Assembly: GCA_040220875.1 (NCBI GenBank)
Contig: JAVJVX010000005.1
Span: 521,665-585,664, forward strand
Direction: 5' to 3'
DNA length: 64,000 nt
Source of the DNA: Alphaproteobacteria bacterium
Lineage (GTDB): Bacteria > Pseudomonadota > Alphaproteobacteria > JAVJVX01
Shown: one piece after another, positions 57,767-64,000 of the stretch
Layout: the number at the start of each line of letters is the position of its first letter
Position numbering within the stretch: the stretch's first letter is position 1
The notes under the pieces: generated by a model
The model's input: the letters and a program-made list of their open reading frames with translations, nothing else
Database searches by the model: none
What the model was told of the DNA's origin: nothing
Made by a program: the position numbers and the translations under genes

Positions 57767-60276
57767 ACGACAAAGCGTCCCCAACCGCCGCGGCCTGGAC
57801 GGCAACACTGTATGTCCCCGGCATGGGCAGCGACCACTGCGCCGGCATCGTTTCCACCTCACTCAAGCGCGTGGACGGCGTGAGCGATGTGCGCACCAAT
57901 ATCGCGGCGCACCGTGTCGAGGTTCGCTTTGACATCGCGCGTGTCGACAAGGACGCCTTGCGAGCTGCGGTCGAGCGGGCGGGCTACGACGTCGATCGTG
58001 TGGATGCGGAAGATGGAGAAGCCGGCCGCGAGATTCGCTTAACCGTGCCAGGCATGGGCAGCGATCACTGTGCCGGTATCGTTTCGGAATCCATTCACCG
58101 GCTCTCGGGCATCAGCGAAATCGGCACAAATATCGCCAATCATCGCGTAACCGTTCGCTTCGATCCCGCACAAGCAAGTGCTGATACGATCAGAAACGCA
58201 GTTGAACGCGCGGGCTACGATGTCGCCGGCGTTGAAACGGTTGCAACAGCGACACCGTCTGCCGGAGAAGAAGCCGAGGAACGTTATCTTATCCAGGCAT
58301 GGAAACGGCTGTGGATCGCCGCGGTTCCGACCACCCTGATCATGGTGCTAATGGCAGTCCACATGTTCTGGGTTCCGGTCCCGGGATATCTCGCCATCGT
58401 CGCAGTGCTCGCTTTTCCGGTGGTGTTCACTTACGGCGGTGTGGCCACTCACCGTTCGGCCTGGCGTTCGCTGACCAACCGCACGGCCAACATGGACGTG
58501 CTGATCTCAATGGGCAGCCTGCCACCCTATCTGATCGGTCTCGTCGGCTTCGTCTATCCGATGACCTCGTTCATCGAGATGGCCGCGACAATCATGACTT
58601 TCCACCTATTGGGCCGCTACCTCGAAACCCGGGCCAAGGGTCGGGCCTCCCAGGCGATCAAGCGGCTCATTACGATGGGCGCCAAGACGGCTGCTGTTCT
58701 ACGCGCCGGCCAGGAAGTGGAGGTGCCTGTCGCGGAGTTGCAGGTCGGTGACATCATGGTGGTGCGTCCCGGCGCCAAGGTACCGACCGACGGGGAGATC
58801 ATCGAGGGCAACAGCCATCTCGACGAGTCCATTGCCACCGGCGAATCCGTCCCCATCGAAAAGGGCCCGGGCGACCCAGTGATCGGCGCCACCATTAACA
58901 AGGAGGGCATGCTCAAGGTTCGCGCCGCCAAGGTGGGCGCAGATACATTCCTCTCGCAGGTAATCCGGCTCGTCGAAGAGGCACAGGGCTCCAAAGTCCC
59001 CATCCAGGAGTTCGCCGACCGCGTCACGGCGCGGTTCGTGCCGGCGGTGATCCTGATCAGCCTGGCGAGTCTCGTAATCTGGCTGCTGTTCGCGGAAGAG
59101 CTTCGGCCGATCCTAGCCTGGGGCGCCGGCTTCCTACCGTGGGTGGATCCGACCCTTGCACCGCTCATGGTCGCCATTTTGTCCGCCGTCGCGGTGCTGG
59201 TCATTGCCTGTCCCTGTGCGCTGGGGCTCGCCACACCGACTGCGATCATGGTCGGTTCCGGTCTGGGAGCGGAGCGCGGCATCCTGATCCGTTCGGGTGA
59301 AGCCATCCAAACACTGAAGGACGTCAAGGTCGTCGTTCTCGACAAGACCGGGACAATCACCGAAGGGCGCCCATCGCTGACCGACGTGATCGCGGCCGAG
59401 GGGTTCGATGAAAAAACGGTCCTTCGGGGGGCGGCGTCCGTCGAAGCCGGGTCGGAACATCCGCTGGGCCAGGCGATCGTTTCCGGTGCCAGGGAGCGCG
59501 GCCTGGATGTCCCTGCCGTCGAAGGCTTCAAGGCAATTACGGCGCGCGGCGTCGAGGGGCGGGCTGCTGGGCGCCTCGTCAGAGTGGGAAGCCGTCGGCT
59601 CCTCAACGAATCGGGCATCGAGCTTGGCTCGCTCGACGAAGCGCTGACGAGCCTCGAAACCGAAGGCAAGACGGCGATGCTGGTTGCCATCGAGGATCGG
59701 GCCGCGGGCATCGTCGCCGTCGCGGACACTATCAAGGCCGATTCGAAGGCCGCTATCGCCTCCCTGCACGAGATGGGTATCCTGGTTGCGATGGTGACGG
59801 GCGACAATGAACGCACGGCAAAGTTCGTGGCCTCGCAGGTCGGCATTGACGAGGTCATGGCGGGCGTGCTGCCGGAGGGCAAGGTCGAGGCCATCCGCGC
59901 GCTTCAACAGAAGCACGGCAACCACGTAGCGATGGTGGGCGACGGCATCAACGACGCACCGGCGCTCAAGCAGGCGAACGTCGGGATCGCGATCGGCGCA
60001 GGCGCGGACGTGGCCATCGAGGCCGCCGACGTCACGCTGGTCAAGGGAGAGCTGACAAAAGCTGTCGAGGCGATCCGCCTATCCAGGGCAACATTCGGAA
60101 AAATTCTCCAAAACCTGTTCTGGGCCTGGTTCTACAACGTCGCCGCGATCCCGGTCGCCGCCCTCGGTCTCCTCCACCCGATGGTGGGCGTTATTGCCAT
60201 GACCGCGAGCTCGCTCTCCGTGATCGGTAATTCACTGCTGTTGAAGCGCGCGCGGATCGAGGTGCACAAGCCGTGA
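57763..60276 (+). CDS. copA: Cu(I)-translocating P1B-1-type ATPase (CopA-like) with two N-terminal HMA-like domains
   Basis: CPC in TM6, DKTGTIT, GDGINDAPAL. TM7 NX6YNX4P and TM8 PX6MXXSSX5N signatures of Cu+ pumps. Start reassigned to the ATG at 57763. Confidence 0.88.
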   Translation: MNDKASPTAAAWTATLYVPGMGSDHCAGIVSTSLKRVDGVSDVRTNIAAHRVEVRFDIARVDKDALRAAVERAGYDVDRVDAEDGEAGREIRLTVPGMGSDHCAGIVSESIHRLSGISEIGTNIANHRVTVRFDPAQASADTIRNAVERAGYDVAGVETVATATPSAGEEAEERYLIQAWKRLWIAAVPTTLIMVLMAVHMFWVPVPGYLAIVAVLAFPVVFTYGGVATHRSAWRSLTNRTANMDVLISMGSLPPYLIGLVGFVYPMTSFIEMAATIMTFHLLGRYLETRAKGRASQAIKRLITMGAKTAAVLRAGQEVEVPVAELQVGDIMVVRPGAKVPTDGEIIEGNSHLDESIATGESVPIEKGPGDPVIGATINKEGMLKVRAAKVGADTFLSQVIRLVEEAQGSKVPIQEFADRVTARFVPAVILISLASLVIWLLFAEELRPILAWGAGFLPWVDPTLAPLMVAILSAVAVLVIACPCALGLATPTAIMVGSGLGAERGILIRSGEAIQTLKDVKVVVLDKTGTITEGRPSLTDVIAAEGFDEKTVLRGAASVEAGSEHPLGQAIVSGARERGLDVPAVEGFKAITARGVEGRAAGRLVRVGSRRLLNESGIELGSLDEALTSLETEGKTAMLVAIEDRAAGIVAVADTIKADSKAAIASLHEMGILVAMVTGDNERTAKFVASQVGIDEVMAGVLPEGKVEAIRALQQKHGNHVAMVGDGINDAPALKQANVGIAIGAGADVAIEAADVTLVKGELTKAVEAIRLSRATFGKILQNLFWAWFYNVAAIPVAALGLLHPMVGVIAMTASSLSVIGNSLLLKRARIEVHKP

Positions 60277-60521
60277 CTGACAATCATTCGACGAAGCAAA
60301 TCGAAGGTCCCAGGCGCTCGTTCTGGAATACGCCGGCCGGCTTCGCGCTCTGCGTCTTCCTAGCAATCGGTGGCGTGTTCATATGGCTGGAGCATCGCGC
60401 CCACATTCTGGGGGAATTGCCGCTGTTGCTACTCCTGATCATCTGCGTCGGCATGCATTTCTTCATGCATCGCGGTCACGGTGGCCACCGCGGAGGGGGC
60501 GCAGGTCGAGATGAACGGTGA
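60273..60521 (+). CDS. DUF2933-like small membrane protein with His-rich C-terminus
   Basis: 82 aa, two TM helices, tail HRGHGGHRGGGAG. It overlaps the copA stop. Confidence 0.5.
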   Translation: MTDNHSTKQIEGPRRSFWNTPAGFALCVFLAIGGVFIWLEHRAHILGELPLLLLLIICVGMHFFMHRGHGGHRGGGAGRDER

Positions 60522-61167
60522 CGTGCCCGCTTACGGTCTGTGGTTCCTGGTCGTCATCAACGCGGCGATCTTCATTCTATTCGCGTTCAGCTTTTTCAGG
60601 CCACGGACCGCACACGACTGGCGCTCTCTGGGGGCATTTTCAGCCTTCATCGTCGCGTTGTTCGCCGAAATGTACGGGTTTCCGCTGACGCTCTACCTGC
60701 TCGCTGGCTGGCTCGGCAATCGATTCCCTGCGCTCGATCCGATGTCTCACGACGCCGGGCACCTCTGGCCGGCGTTGTTCGGTTGGTCGATGGACCCGCA
60801 CTGGAGCCCATTCCATTTGCTGAGCTTCGTGTTCATCGGGGGCGGCTTCATCCTGATCGCCAAGGCCTGGCGTGTCCTTCACGACGCGCAACGGGAGGGA
60901 AAATTGGCCACGACCGGGCCCTATGCCCGGGTCCGACACCCCCAATACGTCGGCTTCGCCCTCATCATGATCGGATTCTTCCTGCAGTGGCCAACGCTGG
61001 TGACCGGACTGATGCTGCCGATCCTGCTCGTGATGTACTGGCGCCTCGCCCGGCGCGAGGAACGCGAGGTCGAGGCGGCCTTCGGCGATGCGTATCCCAC
61101 CTATGCCCGTCGCGTTCCGGCGTTTTTCCCATCCCTAGTCTTGGCGTCGAAAGAGCGTGCTGCATGA
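60511..61167 (+). CDS. ICMT/PEMT-family membrane methyltransferase (isoprenylcysteine carboxyl methyltransferase-like)
   Basis: Conserved GPYARVRHPQYVGFALIMIGFFL segment. Confidence 0.7.
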   Translation: MNGDVPAYGLWFLVVINAAIFILFAFSFFRPRTAHDWRSLGAFSAFIVALFAEMYGFPLTLYLLAGWLGNRFPALDPMSHDAGHLWPALFGWSMDPHWSPFHLLSFVFIGGGFILIAKAWRVLHDAQREGKLATTGPYARVRHPQYVGFALIMIGFFLQWPTLVTGLMLPILLVMYWRLARREEREVEAAFGDAYPTYARRVPAFFPSLVLASKERAA

Positions 61168-61212
61168 AGCCGAGGCACGGCTTGAAACACAACTGTAAAA
61201 GGGGAACGGATC

Positions 61213-61695
61213 ATGAGACTGACAGCGCTAACTACCTTCCTCATCACGGGATTTCTGCTGGTCGCTGTAGCGGCCACCGCGCATGCGCAGGCAACAGATC
61301 AAGGGCCCCACGCACATCATCCGGAGGAAACCCGGACCACGCCCGAAGCGCAGGCACCCGGCACAGCAGCGGCTCCGCCTGCCGCAATGAATCAGGGCAA
61401 TCCGGGCATGGTGCACATGATGTCGGGTGCCGGTTCCGCCTCTCCTTTGGCCATGATGGGAAATCATGGCGTGATTTACGGCATGCCGGAGGCCCGGGAA
61501 GAGGTGACGCCCCAGCGTGTGCGCGCCTTTCCGGAGAGGTATCTGGCCTGGCACGACAATCCGCGCCTGAGGTTGGGCAAAATCTCGAAAGCCGAGGATG
61601 GCAGCATCACAGCCAAGATCGTCACCATCGACGGCTCGTTGGTGCAGAAGTTCGCCTTCAACCGCTACCCTGGCCTGTTCCGGCAGGTCCAGTGA
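61213..61695 (+). CDS. Secreted Met/His-rich protein (candidate periplasmic copper-binding protein)
   Basis: Signal peptide ending AHAQA. HAHHPEE, GMVHMMSGAG and MMGNHG motifs. Confidence 0.5.
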   Translation: MRLTALTTFLITGFLLVAVAATAHAQATDQGPHAHHPEETRTTPEAQAPGTAAAPPAAMNQGNPGMVHMMSGAGSASPLAMMGNHGVIYGMPEAREEVTPQRVRAFPERYLAWHDNPRLRLGKISKAEDGSITAKIVTIDGSLVQKFAFNRYPGLFRQVQ

Positions 61696-61729
61696 CCCGC
61701 CGCGGCGAGCGTCAGCGGGGCGTCCGAGC

Positions 61730-63094
61730 ATGAGTGCCCGACTGTCTTTCCTCGGTGCAGTCGGCACCGTCACGGGTTCGAAATACCTGCTCGAGTATGA
61801 CGGTGCGCGTATCTTGATCGATTGCGGGCTCTTTCAGGGGTTCAAGCAGCTCCGCTTGCGCAATTGGGCGCCCCTCCCGACTGATCCGCAACGTATTGAC
61901 GCCGTGGTTTTGACCCACGCCCATCTCGATCATTCAGGCTATCTGCCGCTCCTGGTCCGAAAGGGGTTCGCGGGTCAGGTCGTCTGCACTGAGGCCACGC
62001 GGGATCTTTGCGAGATCCTGCTCCCCGATAGTGGTTACCTGCAGGAGAAGGATGCCGAGTTCGCCAACCGACATGGCTTCTCGAAGCACCGCCCTGCGCT
62101 GCCACTCTACACGAAGGCCGACGCCGACGCCTGTATGGATCGCTTCGCGACGGTCGCTTTTGGCAACGAGACGAAAATCGCCGACAAGTTCTCCGTCCGT
62201 TTCTTGCCTGCCGGCCACATTCTCGGCGCGGCCATTGTGGAAGTTCGTTTTGCCGGGCGGACCCTCGTCTTCTCCGGCGATTTGGGGCGACCCAATAGCG
62301 CCACAACGGTCGATCCCACGCCTGTCGCTCATGCCGATTACCTGGTCGTCGAATCGACTTACGGCGATCGGCGTCATGAGACGCAGGACGCAGAGGAGGT
62401 GCTTGCCGAGGTCATCAACCATACGGCCGCGCGGGGCGGCACCGTCCTCATCCCAGCGTTCGCGGTCGGTCGAGCCCAGTCGCTTCTCTTCCACCTCCAG
62501 CGCCTGAAGGCGAATAAGCGCATCCCCGACTTGCCCATATTCCTCGACAGTCCGATGGCGATCGATGCGAGTGAGGTGTTCTGCAAGCATATCGAGGCAC
62601 ACCGGCTGACCACCGAGCAATGCCGAAAGGCTTGCAGTATTGCCCGCTACGTGCGCGAACCGGAGGAATCCAAGTCGCTCGACCGCGAGATTATGCCAAA
62701 GATCATCATCTCGGCGAGCGGTATGGCGACCGGTGGGCGAGTCCTTCACCACCTGAAGCATTTCGCGCCGGACCGCCGCAATACCATTCTTTTCACGGGC
62801 TTCCAGGCGGGCGGGACGCGTGGTGCCGCCATGACAGCCGGTGCAGAGAGTGTAAAGATTCATGGCAGCTACATCCCGATACGGGCAGAGGTCGCCAACC
62901 TGCAAATGTTGTCGGCACACGCCGACGCGGACGAGATCATGACGTGGCTGGGACACTTCGCCGATCCACCACGCACGACCTTCGTGACACATGGCGAGCC
63001 GGCCGCCTCGGATGCTCTGCGCCACCGGATCGCGGAAGAACTCGGATGGCCTTGCACGGTGCCGGACTACCGCGATGAAACCGAGCTGACATGA
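61730..63094 (+). CDS. MBL-fold beta-CASP hydrolase (RNA-metabolising metallo-beta-lactamase family)
   Basis: HAHLDHSG motif and beta-CASP-like C-terminal segments. Start reassigned to the ATG at 61730. Confidence 0.8.
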   Translation: MSARLSFLGAVGTVTGSKYLLEYDGARILIDCGLFQGFKQLRLRNWAPLPTDPQRIDAVVLTHAHLDHSGYLPLLVRKGFAGQVVCTEATRDLCEILLPDSGYLQEKDAEFANRHGFSKHRPALPLYTKADADACMDRFATVAFGNETKIADKFSVRFLPAGHILGAAIVEVRFAGRTLVFSGDLGRPNSATTVDPTPVAHADYLVVESTYGDRRHETQDAEEVLAEVINHTAARGGTVLIPAFAVGRAQSLLFHLQRLKANKRIPDLPIFLDSPMAIDASEVFCKHIEAHRLTTEQCRKACSIARYVREPEESKSLDREIMPKIIISASGMATGGRVLHHLKHFAPDRRNTILFTGFQAGGTRGAAMTAGAESVKIHGSYIPIRAEVANLQMLSAHADADEIMTWLGHFADPPRTTFVTHGEPAASDALRHRIAEELGWPCTVPDYRDETELT

Positions 63095-64000
63095 CGGCGA
63101 AGCCACCACCGAACGCTGCGCTCAACCGGTCGGCCCCGAACACCCTACGCGCACGGCGCCTCGGGATCGACACGCAATACGAGGCGGTCGTGTTCATGCG
63201 CGAGGACTGCCCCATCTGCCGGTCCGAAGGATTTGCGGCCCAGGCGCGGGTTCGGCTGACGCACGGTGAGCAGTCGGTCATTGCGACCCTGTATCACGTC
63301 AGCGGGGACTTGCTCAGGCACGACGAGGCCGGCCTGTCGGAGTCGGCCTGGCACCGTCTGGGACTCGTCGACGGCGAGCTGATTTCCGTGAGTCACCCGC
63401 GCCCGCTCGACTCTCTGAGCAAGGTTCGCGCGAAGGTCTATGGGGAGCCCTTTGACGCAATCGCACTCGAGGAAGTTGTCACCGATATCGTCGCCGGCAG
63501 GTACTCGGACATTTATTTGTCCTCGTTCATTACCGCTTGTTCCGCAAGACCCCTCGACCATGACGAGACGGTCGCGTTGACGAGAGCGATGGCGGATGCT
63601 GGCGAACGCCTAGATTGGGACACCACGCCTATCGTCGACAAGCACTGCGTCGGCGGCCTTCCAGGAAACCGAACCACGCCGATCGTCGTTGCCATTGCGG
63701 CTGCTTGTGGCCTCACCATGCCGAAAACATCATCCCGGGCGATCACGTCGCCGGCGGGAACGGCGGACGCCATGGAAACCCTGGCTCCGGTCGATCTCGA
63801 CATCCCTGCCATGAGGAATGTCGTAGAACGCGAGGGCGGCTGCGTGATCTGGGGCGGAGCGGTGCGCCTGAGCCCCGCGGACGACACGCTAATCCGTGTC
63901 GAGCGCGCCCTCGATCTCGATAGTGGAGGTCAACTTGTCGCTTCCGTGTTGTCGAAGAAAATCGCCGCCGGCTCCACCCACCTGATTCTTGACCTGCCCG
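63091..64000 (+). CDS. Thymidine-phosphorylase-family protein (putative thymidine/AMP phosphorylase type), 3' end outside window
   Basis: Not in the ORF track because there is no stop before the window end. Its ATG overlaps the MBL gene stop (ATGA). My own translation shows DKHCVGGLPGNRTTPIVVAIAAACG and SSRAITSPAGTADAMETL, matching phosphorylase phosphate/glycosyl-site motifs. Confidence 0.7.
   Translation, partial: MTAKPPPNAALNRSAPNTLRARRLGIDTQYEAVVFMREDCPICRSEGFAAQARVRLTHGEQSVIATLYHVSGDLLRHDEAGLSESAWHRLGLVDGELISVSHPRPLDSLSKVRAKVYGEPFDAIALEEVVTDIVAGRYSDIYLSSFITACSARPLDHDETVALTRAMADAGERLDWDTTPIVDKHCVGGLPGNRTTPIVVAIAAACGLTMPKTSSRAITSPAGTADAMETLAPVDLDIPAMRNVVEREGGCVIWGGAVRLSPADDTLIRVERALDLDSGGQLVASVLSKKIAAGSTHLILDLP

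Noticed and set aside
1-64000. CRISPR arrays, rRNA or tRNA genes, insertion-sequence transposases
   Set aside because: No regularly spaced direct repeats with spacers were seen. There are no conserved rRNA or tRNA motifs and no transposase or integrase-like ORFs. The only mobile-element hint is the excisionase-family HTH gene at 56.9-57.2 kb.

Overview
This 64 kb window is high-GC (about 65%) bacterial DNA, probably proteobacterial, and is densely coding, with genes on both strands. It contains no rRNA or tRNA genes and no CRISPR array. It falls into four parts.

**(1) 1-40 kb, catabolic/accessory region.** This region contains three alpha-only Rieske non-heme-iron oxygenases and three paralogous DUF1329 (LolA-like) periplasmic proteins. 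It also contains two large MalT-like ATPase-LuxR regulators. Other genes include a hydantoinase A/B pair with a small Zn-ribbon third subunit (acetone-carboxylase-like layout), an OYE/4Fe-4S/FAD flavoprotein (TMADH/FadH-like) and an LLM monooxygenase. There are also hydrolases, a frameshifted PAS-hybrid histidine kinase plus CheY-like receiver, a DUF442 phosphatase-like protein with a split YeeE/YedE sulfur-transporter pair, and a ZnuA/ZnuB-like pair followed by a porin.

**(2) 40-43 kb.** A P2-type cation ATPase.

**(3) 43.8-55 kb, the most unusual locus.** Seven minus-strand genes look co-transcribed. They encode an FkbH-like HAD loader, a MaoC dehydratase, a DltC-like carrier protein, a GDSL/SGNH protein, an unlisted 37-aa hydrophobic peptide ending in VYQNF, a DltB/AlgI-like MBOAT, a membrane transglutaminase-like protein and a small secreted protein. 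An AlgX-like SGNH protein and a membrane protein are divergently encoded alongside. I read this as a Dlt-like trans-envelope O-acylation system in which the usual adenylating enzyme is replaced by an FkbH-type loader. It is probably the novel system in the window.

**(4) 55-64 kb.** A DEAD-box helicase is followed by an island junction: a truncated alcohol-dehydrogenase remnant, an excisionase-family HTH gene and an AT-rich patch. After the junction comes a copper module of a small membrane protein, a CopA-type Cu(I) ATPase, a DUF2933-like His-rich peptide, an ICMT-like methyltransferase and a Met/His-rich periplasmic protein. The window ends with a beta-CASP MBL hydrolase and a thymidine-phosphorylase-family gene that runs off the end.

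Many long ORFs that lie antisense to real genes are high-GC artefacts and were rejected.
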